Shown here piece after piece: positions 1-9,014 of a DNA stretch of 64,000 nucleotides. This DNA is from Sulfolobales archaeon HS-7 (GTDB taxonomy: Archaea; Thermoproteota; Thermoprotei_A; Sulfolobales; Sulfolobaceae). The stretch covers positions 96,001 through 160,000 of the forward strand of contig AP024596.1 of the NCBI GenBank assembly GCA_019704295.1, written 5' to 3'. Position 1 is the stretch's first letter. Each line of letters begins with the position of its first letter. The position numbers and the translations under genes are program-made. Below the pieces are notes generated by a model. The model searched no databases, was not told the origin of the DNA, and saw only the letters and a program-made list of their open reading frames with translations.

Positions 1-113
1 TCAAGGTCTGACGAAGTATAACTAAAGAGACTCAAAATCGAAAGACTTTTGAGGTAAGCATTGTGTAAACAATAAGGGACAAACCTTTTAAAAGTTTAGA
101 AGGAAGGCACTAT

Positions 114-476
114 ATGGAGCAAAAATACGCATTTATAATATTTTCAGATCCAGATATAAGATCTGAGTTAGTTAAGGCGGCTCATGCATTACATTATGCT
201 ATAAATCTGAAGAAGAAAGGTAAGGACGTTTTCCTTTATTTTGAAGGATTAGGAGAGAAGCTTCTGGTTAACGACATACCGTATATAAAACCACTCATTG
301 ATGAGGCGATTAGGATGAACCTGATTTACGGCGTGTGTGGATATTGTGCTAGTCCTCCGCATCTTAACGTCAAAGACAAGCTCTTAGCCAAGAACTTTGA
401 ACTAATTGGAGATGAAACCGATCACAAGGACATTTCAACCTTCCTTGATGAGGGATATAACGTAATTATAGTCTAA
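114..476 (+). CDS. DsrE/DsrF-like protein
   Basis: 120 aa; N-terminal beta strand, A..AL..A..L helix, VxLYFEGxG, CxxC (VCGYCA), C-terminal GYNVIIV typical of the DsrE fold. Confidence 0.7.
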   Translation: MEQKYAFIIFSDPDIRSELVKAAHALHYAINLKKKGKDVFLYFEGLGEKLLVNDIPYIKPLIDEAIRMNLIYGVCGYCASPPHLNVKDKLLAKNFELIGDETDHKDISTFLDEGYNVIIV

Positions 477-604
477 TAATGAGATAGTTTTTCCTTTCCT
501 GTAATCAGATAATCCAACAAGGAGTTTTTCAGTAAAAGTTCCACTCCTCTACTTCAAAATGTCTGACTGCGGAAAATCTATACATTTAACGCTTTCAACC
601 TAAT

Positions 605-700
605 GAGGGATTAAGGGGGCAAAAGTCATCTTCCGTGAAGGAGCAGATGGATAGCCCCTTATAGAAGGGTCTTTATACTTCAATATCAAAATTTTCTTGA
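605..700 (+). mobile_element. IS200/IS605-family end remnant
   Basis: GAGGGATTAAGGGGGCAAAAGTC...GATGGATAGCCCCTT; same motif at the start of the 21781 and 50642 elements and, inverted, at 42711-42775. Confidence 0.5.
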
Positions 701-947
701 CCATAGCTGTAAAGGCTGCTAATAAGCTTATCTAACTCTAAGTTAAGTGTGTGGAGGACCTTTCGATCTGGACTGACATCCCATATACCTCTTCGAATTC
801 TAAAGATCAACGTATCTCCCTCTACCTCCTTTAGCATTAACCGTGTTCAAAAATGATCTTGAGAAGGAGAAGTTTGGTTCTTTTAAGGTATGAAGATATA
901 TATTTTAAGGACGTTAACTCTTTTTTAAACTAAGTTCACTATTCAGC

Positions 948-1631
948 ATGAAGGCAATTTACCTTACTAAAGACGAAATTAAGAGCATAGCAGTTCTTCC
1001 TATAGGTTCTTTAGAACAGCATGGACCACACCTCCCCATGGGGACTGATACCATAAAATCCCTTTACATAGCTGAGTTAGTGGAGCGTAACTATTCAGGG
1101 GGCATAATGATATTACCGCCGATTTATTACGGCGTCTCTATTGAGCATTCTGGTTTCCCCTACTTAGGGGTTAACTATGACGTATTTATTTCGTATGTTA
1201 AGCAAGTTTTACTCTCCGCTAGAGAGAGTGGAGTAAAGTGCGTAATAGTAATTAACGGTCATGGGGGAAATGTGCCCGCATTAGATATAGTGGCTAGGGA
1301 AATCAACTTTTCACTTCGTAATTTCAGGGTAATAAATTACTACCTTAAGTCAACAATGGAAAGCGATCTTCACGCCGGAACTGAGGAGACGTCAACCATT
1401 CACGTAATCGATCAATCTCTGATCAGAGTGAATGAAATTCCTCAGAGGAGCTACGAAATTCCTAAAGGAATCTTCTCATACATAGGAGTTAGAGAGGCGT
1501 CTCCTGACGGAATTATCGTCCAAGGGAAAATACTGATTGATAGCCAATTGGCAAGAAAGGCAATTGCTCAATGGGTTAAGGATGTAGAGGAATTGGTAGA
1601 GGAGTGTGATAGGTTTTCCAAAAGCTCGTAA
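948..1631 (+). CDS. Creatininase/ArfB/MftE-family amidohydrolase
   Basis: LPIGSLEQHGPHLPMGTD, GVSIEH, NGHGGN, HAGTEETS metal-binding motifs. Confidence 0.85.
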   Translation: MKAIYLTKDEIKSIAVLPIGSLEQHGPHLPMGTDTIKSLYIAELVERNYSGGIMILPPIYYGVSIEHSGFPYLGVNYDVFISYVKQVLLSARESGVKCVIVINGHGGNVPALDIVAREINFSLRNFRVINYYLKSTMESDLHAGTEETSTIHVIDQSLIRVNEIPQRSYEIPKGIFSYIGVREASPDGIIVQGKILIDSQLARKAIAQWVKDVEELVEECDRFSKSS

Positions 1632-1676
1632 AGCTTTTGAACATGAGCTTTATATCATTTCCACTTATCATCATTA

Positions 1677-4130
1677 ATGAAGTCATTGCTGATTGTCGTA
1701 ATACTTGTCATCTTGCTACTCCCCTTAGCCATTTCCCTAGAAAACACCGTAGTTTACTCTGATTCTCCCTTTCTCTCTAACTCCCTTTCCAGCTTCCGAA
1801 CTGATCTCCTAGTACAGAAGTACTTTCACAGACAGGAATACAGCGATCTATTCATTATAACTAGCGGGAATTCCTCTTATTCGAGTATATGTAACGCTTC
1901 AAAGGTTTTAAGTGGTGCAAAGGTTATTTTCCCCTCACAGGAACAATACAATTTCAGGTCATATCTCCTCACTCAAATCGAGGAAGCATTTAATGGTACA
2001 ATAAACTTCTGTCTAAAGAAGTATACTGAAATCCATGCACTTTACGTAAAGCTACTTAACGAGAAGAACTACGCGATATCGAATCTCTCATTGGATGAGA
2101 AAATACTGAACGTTACTTTCGGAGTCCCCACGGGAAAGGTGAGTTGTAAACCCCTCCTTAGCATTTACCTCAACTTGTCAAAGAGATATGGAGAAGTGAA
2201 GGGAGCTCAGATCGCAGGTAGTGAATTCTTCAATAGTACCCTTCCCCTGCACTTCTCATTCTCAAACTACACTAATCTCTCCCTTATAATGAAATTCATA
2301 CCTTATTCGTATCTTATACCATTAAATTCTCCTGCGGATTTCGCTTCGTATATTTCCTCAAGTTTAGGTACTCCGGTTAATTCAACGTTTATGCAGAACC
2401 CCGCACTTGTTTACACCTTATTTCTCTCTCGCCTGAAAGTAAATCTAAACACGAACAATCTTGTGATTGTCCAGGTACCGAGGAATGAAAGCCTGACCAA
2501 CGTAATAAAATTCATGCACTTAGTGAACGGTACAGTAACTGGGCATTTAGCGATTTACGCAGACTCAGCATACTATACGGAAAAGCAAATAGAGATAATC
2601 GATTTAACTACCGTCGTTCTCGTCGGGATTTTACTTCTCATACTAGTGAGGTCTATATTACCGATACTCGTTCTGGTGGGAACTGCGGGTTTCGGTATAG
2701 AATTAACGCTTGCCCTTCTTCGATTATTGGAGTTCGCAGGATATCAGGTTTACTACATTTCTAGCATAGTGGCAATTCCGATAGTTTTCGGGGTGACTAT
2801 TGACTATTCCCTCCTGATTCTGTACAGATATCTCGAGGGGCTTTCTAAGGGTTATAATTCCCTTAAAGAAGCTTATCAAAGAGGAAGCAAAGCGGTTCTG
2901 GTAAGCGGGGTTTCCGTAATTCTAGGCTTTACAATATTTACTCTATCTCCCTCAAGATTACTATTTAATATTGGTGTAGCCTTAGTTACTGCTGCGTTAA
3001 GCGCCTTGACATCTTCCCTTTTCATATCGAGGGCACTGCTCTCGAATATTAAGGTCGAGTGGTTGAAATTTCCCAGGAAAACGCTACCTTCGCCCGAGGA
3101 CGCGAGGGAGAAATATCTCGAAAAAGCAGCCGAGTTTTCCGTTAAGAGGAAATTCACAATTCTTGGGGTAATGATCTTGACCGGTGTGATCTGTCTCTCA
3201 GTTGTGCTTTTGACTCACACTAACGTTAGTGTAACACAAATCGTGCCCTCAGGCGCTGAGTCAATAGTTGGATTAAATCAACTCTCGAGACTCTACCCAT
3301 ACAGCACGGAACCGATTCTCATTAAGGCTAATCCTAACGTGAGCTATATTACTATTTACGATATATCGAATGAGCTGATCTCAAAGGGAATGCTAGTTTT
3401 TGGCCCCGCATCAATAGGAAATTTGACGATACCTTATCCTACGGCTCTTACTAATTATTATTACTCTCATAACTACACTCTTTTATGCGTATACATTCCC
3501 TATCCGGTTTTCTCAAAGGGGGCTATAACGATAACCGACGCACTAATAAGGAATTTCTCGATGGTAGGAGGTGCTAATGCACAAAGGGTTGACATAGTAA
3601 ATCAGACTACTAACGCTTATTTCTACTTTACGTTACCCGTAACAGTAGTGGCTGTACTAGTTTACGTTGCTTTTGTCCTAAAAACCGTCGTAATACCTCC
3701 ACGTCTAGTAGCGACCATACTTGTAAGCTCGCTCTTCGGGCTTGCAATAGCTGAAGTAATTTTTCCGACATACTGGTTAACGCCTCCTGTAGTGTTCGCT
3801 CTCATGTTCTCCCTCGGAATAGATTACGATATATTTATAGTTCTGAGGATTGCTGAGGAAGAAGGTAATGAAGAGGAGGAGAGAATAATTAATGGGGTTA
3901 AGAAGGCAGGACTAGTAATTACCGCTTCAGGACTAATTCTAGGAGGCGCTTTCCTTTCCCTATTAACCGCAAATATGATCTTCTTGAGGGAAATAGGAGT
4001 TGCAGTAGGTTCGTCAGTATTATTCGACACCTTTGTTGTAAGGACCTATTTCGTCCCCGCTATAATGTCGATATTAAAGAAGTATAACTGGTATCCTAGA
4101 GGACGTTCCCCTCAACAATCCACAAGATAA
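1677..4130 (+). CDS. MMPL/RND-family transporter
   Basis: 817 aa, two TM bundles with GVTIDYSL and GIDYDIF motifs, C-terminal DTFVVR..VPA. Confidence 0.85.
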   Translation: MKSLLIVVILVILLLPLAISLENTVVYSDSPFLSNSLSSFRTDLLVQKYFHRQEYSDLFIITSGNSSYSSICNASKVLSGAKVIFPSQEQYNFRSYLLTQIEEAFNGTINFCLKKYTEIHALYVKLLNEKNYAISNLSLDEKILNVTFGVPTGKVSCKPLLSIYLNLSKRYGEVKGAQIAGSEFFNSTLPLHFSFSNYTNLSLIMKFIPYSYLIPLNSPADFASYISSSLGTPVNSTFMQNPALVYTLFLSRLKVNLNTNNLVIVQVPRNESLTNVIKFMHLVNGTVTGHLAIYADSAYYTEKQIEIIDLTTVVLVGILLLILVRSILPILVLVGTAGFGIELTLALLRLLEFAGYQVYYISSIVAIPIVFGVTIDYSLLILYRYLEGLSKGYNSLKEAYQRGSKAVLVSGVSVILGFTIFTLSPSRLLFNIGVALVTAALSALTSSLFISRALLSNIKVEWLKFPRKTLPSPEDAREKYLEKAAEFSVKRKFTILGVMILTGVICLSVVLLTHTNVSVTQIVPSGAESIVGLNQLSRLYPYSTEPILIKANPNVSYITIYDISNELISKGMLVFGPASIGNLTIPYPTALTNYYYSHNYTLLCVYIPYPVFSKGAITITDALIRNFSMVGGANAQRVDIVNQTTNAYFYFTLPVTVVAVLVYVAFVLKTVVIPPRLVATILVSSLFGLAIAEVIFPTYWLTPPVVFALMFSLGIDYDIFIVLRIAEEEGNEEEERIINGVKKAGLVITASGLILGGAFLSLLTANMIFLREIGVAVGSSVLFDTFVVRTYFVPAIMSILKKYNWYPRGRSPQQSTR

Positions 4131-4154
4131 TAATAAAACCTTCCAAGGGACATT

Positions 4155-4676
4155 TTGCTTATGAAGGTTCTTTTCATAATAGGAGAGGAATTCGAGGACA
4201 TAGAGGTGCTTTACCCCTTCTACAGGTTAATCGAAGAGGGATTTACTCCGGTCATAGCCTGGAAGCAGGCAAAGTCAAAAGTCGAGGGTAAACATGGCTA
4301 TGCTGTCACATCTGACATAGCGTTTACTGAGGTGAGGCCAGAAGAATACGCTGCACTAGTAATTCCAGGGGGAAGAGGGCCGGAGAGAATAAGGAATTTA
4401 CAGGAGGTAAAGGAGATTACCAGGAAATTCTTCGAACTTAAGAAACCCGTAGCCGCAATATGCCATGGGCCACAGGTTCTCATATCTGCTGGGACTGTAA
4501 AGGGTAGGAAACTAACGGCAGTTAGTTCGATAAAGGACGATGTCATAGCTGCTGGAGGGGAATACGTTGATGATGTTGTAGTCACCGATGAAAACTTAGT
4601 CTCATCAAGGCATCCCGGCGATCTACCTTTCTTTGCCTCTTCGTTAATAAAGCAATTGAAGTCACTCAAACAGTAA
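4155..4676 (+). CDS. pfpI: PfpI/DJ-1 family intracellular protease/deglycase
   Basis: FEDIE, PGGRGPE, AAICHGPQ nucleophile elbow, SSRHPGDL; likely start is the ATG at 4161. Confidence 0.9.
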   Translation: MLMKVLFIIGEEFEDIEVLYPFYRLIEEGFTPVIAWKQAKSKVEGKHGYAVTSDIAFTEVRPEEYAALVIPGGRGPERIRNLQEVKEITRKFFELKKPVAAICHGPQVLISAGTVKGRKLTAVSSIKDDVIAAGGEYVDDVVVTDENLVSSRHPGDLPFFASSLIKQLKSLKQ

Positions 4677-4724
4677 TCCCCAAAGCTCACGAAGCGTTGA
4701 ATAGTACGTATTCAAATTTGCACT

Positions 4725-5561
4725 TCAACTGGAAGCCTTTATCCCCATCCACTGGCTCAAAAACACTCCGGTTATTGCAATCGCAGAACCTATAGCTTGA
4801 ATTAAAGTGGGTAAAACTCCTAGAATGGCAGCCGTTAACAAATACGCCGTAACGGGGACTAGAAGAGATATGGCTCCAGCGTTAACAGGTCCTATATCCC
4901 TCACTGCGCCAAACCAAAAGATGTATCCGAGAACTTGTGCTGTAGCCGTTACTCCAAGTGCTAGTAGTATGGGTATTGCACCAAAGGTGAAATGGGGAGA
5001 GAAGGCAATGGTAGGTAATACAAGAATTGCGGAAATTATTGCAAGGGACGCGTTCGTCTTTATGAGGGACTCTCCTGAAAGATTCTTCCTAAAGTATACA
5101 GTTCCGAAAGCCCAAAGGATTGCAGCTGATAACGCTATAAGAACCCCCAGATTAGGCCCACTTAACCCTGCAGATATAGTTATTCCAAGAAAGGAAAGGA
5201 GGATTCCGCTAATTTGGAGTCTATTAACCTTGGTCTTGAATACCACTGCGTATATTATTAGAACGAAAATCGGTTGAGAGTAGATTAGGACAGAAGCGAA
5301 AGCTGGGTTCTCCGAGAACATGATGGCTAAATTCAAAAGTAAAACGAAAAACGCCCCATTAAGCGCGGAGTTAACGAAGTCCCTAATCGTCAGTGAAATT
5401 CCTCTTGAGTAAATTGCCAGTATTATGCCTCCTACAGCAAATCTGAAAAAAGTCAATGTAAATGGGGACATGTAAAGTAGCGCTAGCTTAGTAAGGGGGT
5501 AGGAGAGTCCCCAGCAGATCAGAACGCCAAGCATGAAAAGGTATCCGTTGCCCTGTTTCAA
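4725..5561 (-). CDS. EamA/DMT-family transporter
   Basis: ~10 TM; WGLSYP..K, P.T..FFRF repeat-1 motif, second EamA repeat. Confidence 0.85.
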   Translation of the reverse strand: MKQGNGYLFMLGVLICWGLSYPLTKLALLYMSPFTLTFFRFAVGGIILAIYSRGISLTIRDFVNSALNGAFFVLLLNLAIMFSENPAFASVLIYSQPIFVLIIYAVVFKTKVNRLQISGILLSFLGITISAGLSGPNLGVLIALSAAILWAFGTVYFRKNLSGESLIKTNASLAIISAILVLPTIAFSPHFTFGAIPILLALGVTATAQVLGYIFWFGAVRDIGPVNAGAISLLVPVTAYLLTAAILGVLPTLIQAIGSAIAITGVFLSQWMGIKASS

Positions 5562-5653
5562 TGCGGAGGTTATTTTTCCCTTAATGTAAATAAACCCATC
5601 TGTTGCAGGTTTTTAAGAAAAAGTCTTTAATCACTCATTCCTCCTTTCATTTG

Positions 5654-6046
5654 ATGTCACAATTCCTTAGAGGCAATTACGATCTCTTTAGATATTATAT
5701 AGTAATATTACTGATTGTTTGGGCAATTCTCCACTTCATTCTAGCGATATCTTACCTGAATTCCTCTCCTGTGCTAGGGGACTTCTTTATTTTTGACTCT
5801 CTTCTTGCCATAATAGCTGCAGTCGTGGTATACCTCGACGTCAGGCTACTTTACATTCCTGTTATAGTTTACAGCTGGATTAACTATTTGCTTTTAGCCG
5901 AGTCTAGGTACTTTCCTGCACCTGTTCTTGGATATCCTCTGAGGGTTATAGGCTCTTTTGCTGTAGCCACGTTTGCAATAGACGTTGCTTTGATCGTACT
6001 AACGTTGCTTATCTGGTTGGCCTCGAGAAGGATAGGTAATGAGTAG
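5654..6046 (+). CDS. Small 4-TM membrane protein, paralog of 47824..48195
   Basis: Hydrophobic; shares WA..H, LYIP, SW.NYLLL.ESR..PAP.LG.PL with the 47.8-kb ORF; ATG at 5654 preferred over the ORF-track start. Confidence 0.7.
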   Translation: MSQFLRGNYDLFRYYIVILLIVWAILHFILAISYLNSSPVLGDFFIFDSLLAIIAAVVVYLDVRLLYIPVIVYSWINYLLLAESRYFPAPVLGYPLRVIGSFAVATFAIDVALIVLTLLIWLASRRIGNE

Positions 6047-7067
6047 GAAACTTCTCCTTCTAACTTTCGCACTGGTTTCGGTTGCACCCCTAACATACGT
6101 AGGAACTGTGACAGGTTTCACGAATGGGCTGTTAGGAGGTCTCCTTTCGCTATCTTACTTTGTAGTGATTTACGTTCTCTTTACCAAGAAGGGATGGAAA
6201 AGTACGGGTTTCTATGGTTACCTTGAGCAAAATAAATTCCTCGCAACTCTTCAGACGTTATCTTGGATCGGAAGTTATTCGTTATATGTTATCTATACGC
6301 CTTATTATATTTCCCTATACGTTCTTGGCTTATCGGGTATGTCGGCTATATTACTCTCCGTGATACTGTATTTCGTATCAGCAGTAATAGTGAAGTCGAA
6401 ATACGCTTACTACTCCTTAATTCCGATAGCTGTAGTTAATGTAATAGGTCTAATTTTTCCTAGAATTTCCTTTTCCACCTCATTACCCACAGTTAACGGG
6501 CTGTTGTCTGCTTCCCTTATACCTGTTTGCATAAACCTGCTACTCTATAACAAAGGGGATAAGACAGACTCATGGGTAGTTCTCCCAGCATTCGTGCTAT
6601 CCTTTATAGGGATAATTATCGCTTCACTATCCCACTATACAGCTCCCGCCTTCTCCTATCTTTTGGGAATATCAAACTTAGGACTCATATTGGCGGAGTT
6701 CATAGCCTTACGCAATCTCATCAGTGGAATTACAGTGAAAGGAGATACATTTTTCAACGTGCTTATCCTTATCGGAGGAGTGGTAACTTTAATTGGTTCG
6801 ATTAATCCCTACGCTTTTTATCAGCTGACTATTGTTCCCTCCCTAACATTACTCTACTTCTCGTTAATTCTGGGTTTCGGATTTCTTGGAACTTTTCGTA
6901 GGGTTTTCCTGTTATCTTTTATACCTGCATTTCTCTTCGGTTACGGTCTGTACTCCGTTATTTCAACGGCATCCGGCATACTTCTGTATGAGAGCCTCTT
7001 CTCAATGCTCATAATTTCAGGCTTATCTGTTTCACTATATCTTATGCAGTCCAAGATGACGGATTAG
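6039..7067 (+). CDS. Multi-pass membrane protein (APC-like N-terminus)
   Basis: ~11 TM; SVAPL and GFYGY motifs resemble APC permeases; overlaps the upstream gene. Confidence 0.55.
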   Translation: MSRKLLLLTFALVSVAPLTYVGTVTGFTNGLLGGLLSLSYFVVIYVLFTKKGWKSTGFYGYLEQNKFLATLQTLSWIGSYSLYVIYTPYYISLYVLGLSGMSAILLSVILYFVSAVIVKSKYAYYSLIPIAVVNVIGLIFPRISFSTSLPTVNGLLSASLIPVCINLLLYNKGDKTDSWVVLPAFVLSFIGIIIASLSHYTAPAFSYLLGISNLGLILAEFIALRNLISGITVKGDTFFNVLILIGGVVTLIGSINPYAFYQLTIVPSLTLLYFSLILGFGFLGTFRRVFLLSFIPAFLFGYGLYSVISTASGILLYESLFSMLIISGLSVSLYLMQSKMTD

Positions 7068-7347
7068 CTGCCTTTTCCCTTTTCTTATGTCTATTCTTTG
7101 AATCTATTGCTTCAAGAATGAGCCATAGTTCTGACGCGTCGCGTGTCTTCAGAATCTCCCATATCCTCTTAGCCGTCTTATTAAACCCTATCGGGATCAG
7201 GCCGTGGCTGGTAATGAACTTAATCTCGCAAATCTTACCGTATAGGTAAGCTAATTCCACGCTCTTAGGATTACCGTTAAAGATCTCCATCAGTAAATCC
7301 CGCCCTATCACATCTGCTCGTACGAAAATTTCCTTGTGTGTCCTCAT
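7042..7347 (-). CDS. Hypothetical protein
   Basis: 101-aa ATG ORF with an AT-rich upstream region; no recognisable motif. Confidence 0.4.
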   Translation of the reverse strand: MRTHKEIFVRADVIGRDLLMEIFNGNPKSVELAYLYGKICEIKFITSHGLIPIGFNKTAKRIWEILKTRDASELWLILEAIDSKNRHKKREKAANPSSWTA

Positions 7348-7543
7348 GTTTAATATAATTGATTAAAATTCCTTATAAGGCGGAGTACGAAGTGTTTTAA
7401 TAGATTTGCCTACTACTCATCTTACCTAGTTATGTTATATAAAGTGAGTGCCTCAGTATTTCCCTGAGGTCCTCTGTTTGATATCTCTAAGTATCTCCTT
7501 TTGGCTCTCCATCAAGTCAATCTCCATAATGTTGTAGATTTTA

Positions 7544-7695
7544 TCACGTGTTCATTACGAATTTAGTTTATTTAGAAAAATAGAATGAATTTGATTGAAT
7601 GTCGTTGTGTGGACTAGGTAGAGATTCGCACTTAACAATTTCTTTTATTTAATTGCAATTTGCAATAATTACAATTCGCAATGGAAGCTGAATCG
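7544..7695 (+). repeat. Dispersed repeat family A, copy 1 (~150 bp, stem-bounded)
   Basis: Aligns with 22087-22239 (rc) and 47395-47544; arms CATTACGAATT 7553-7563 and AATTCGCAATG 7673-7683. Confidence 0.85.
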
Positions 7696-7702
7696 CCGCA
7701 CC

Positions 7703-8638
7703 CTATAAAGATTCGAAATAATCTTTATCTATTTCCTTCAAAGAGTAACTCTGAATTTCTCTGACACCTACCATATTTTCGATCATTAATGACGCCAATT
7801 GAATACCATCAATGAGAATTATAATGTGGTCAGAATCTTTTTTAGCCGTCTCTATGGCTTCTTTGCTAAATTTTGCCGTAGTTATAAATATCCCCTTTTT
7901 GGCATGTTTAATCGTTAATGCACCTATGAAGTCCCTTATTTCTTTAGCTCCCACAGTTTGGTTTCTATTCCAACGCTTTGCTTGAAGGTATATCTTGTCA
8001 AATCCTAATTTATCTTGTGAAATTTCGCCATCGATTCCTTGGTCATTCGGTTGGCCAAGAACATTTGCCAATTCCTCGAAATTCTTTCCATATCCTAATG
8101 CCAATACTAGGTCTATTATAATTCGTTCAAAATCGGCTGGTTTTACATTCGATAAAACATTTAGTAAATCATTCGCTAATATCTTGTCTCTTTTTTTGAA
8201 AATCTCGGCAATTTCTTCATCGGGAGTAGATTCAGGTTCTTTCATTTCTTTTTGATAATTGGGCTTGTTCCTTCCCTTATTTCGCTTTGTTCCTATGAAC
8301 TCGACAAACGAGGGGAACTTTTCCAAATAAGTATAACGCACTCTCTCCGGAATAATCTTTGCCTCATTTTTCCCCTCATCAGAAATCTTGTACTTCGAAC
8401 GTCCTGTTCTGATTAAAAGGCCAGCCTGAACTAAGTAGGTGATGGCCCAGGATATCCTATCATAAATATACGTTCTCGTACCATTTGGCATTAGGCGATT
8501 CCTCTGCTCTTCATTTAGATTAAATTGCCTTGACATCTCTTCAATGGTTTCAGATAAGTCGTGCTCCTTACCATCACTGGCAAATCTTAATATGGGGGCT
8601 AAAAACTCATCAAATCTTGGTAGATCTATTTCCGTCAT
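7703..8638 (-). CDS. mrr: Mrr type IV restriction endonuclease
   Basis: Mrr_N wHTH (PIL..ASDGKEH...R.SWAITYL.QAGL) plus catalytic domain (P..FE, DQGIDG...IYLQAKRW, IRDFIGAL, KGIFITT, LIDG). Confidence 0.95.
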   Translation of the reverse strand: MTEIDLPRFDEFLAPILRFASDGKEHDLSETIEEMSRQFNLNEEQRNRLMPNGTRTYIYDRISWAITYLVQAGLLIRTGRSKYKISDEGKNEAKIIPERVRYTYLEKFPSFVEFIGTKRNKGRNKPNYQKEMKEPESTPDEEIAEIFKKRDKILANDLLNVLSNVKPADFERIIIDLVLALGYGKNFEELANVLGQPNDQGIDGEISQDKLGFDKIYLQAKRWNRNQTVGAKEIRDFIGALTIKHAKKGIFITTAKFSKEAIETAKKDSDHIIILIDGIQLASLMIENMVGVREIQSYSLKEIDKDYFESL

Positions 8639-8729
8639 TCAATCTTCACCTTTGTCTTATCATACGTCTTTGTGGTCTTGGCTTCTTTATTTTCTTTTGT
8701 CTATACCATAACGTAGATTTATTCAGTTT
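8635..8729 (-). pseudogene. Frameshifted 3' fragment resembling the C-terminal HTH tail of a solo/casposase-type Cas1
   Basis: Reads KLNKSTLWYRQKKIK then, after one missing base, (E)AKTTKTYDKTKVKIE*; stop overlaps the mrr start (ATGA). The Cas1 resemblance is from memory, not a search. Confidence 0.5.
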
Positions 8730-9010
8730 CCAGAAATTCCATTGCTGAGTAATCTACAACGGAACAATTCCTGTAGATCGTAAACGAGAGGCCCTACGCG
8801 CTTCGTCCCTAACACAGTTATGGGGATAAAGAGTCCAGAACCACCTACATCAACATGACAGTCCTTAACGTTCTTAGGCTTAGGTAACTTGGACTTACTC
8901 ACGACTAAACCCTTATACACCACCTCTGTAATAACGTGGTCACTGACGCTAGTGCTTGATTTTCCCCGTGGAAGAAGCCTAAACGGATTGAACATCTTCG
9001 CCAGCCTCAT
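8723..9010 (-). pseudogene. Hypothetical protein fragment
   Basis: Protein-like central part (KGLVVSKSKLPKPKNVKDCHVDVGGSGLFIP...); N-terminus runs into repeat B and C-terminus into the mrr segment. Confidence 0.3.
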
Positions 9011-9014
9011 AGGT

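Noticed and set aside
7544-7695. Family A as integron attC sites
   Set aside because: No RYYYAAC/GTTRRRY boxes, no integrase, and the copies are not arrayed or consistently oriented after ORFs
7531-8760. 10-bp inverted match GTTGTAGATT (7531) / AATCTACAAC (8751) bracketing repeat A, mrr and the cas1-like tail
   Set aside because: Does not extend and no target duplication is seen; could be chance, so not called as element ends
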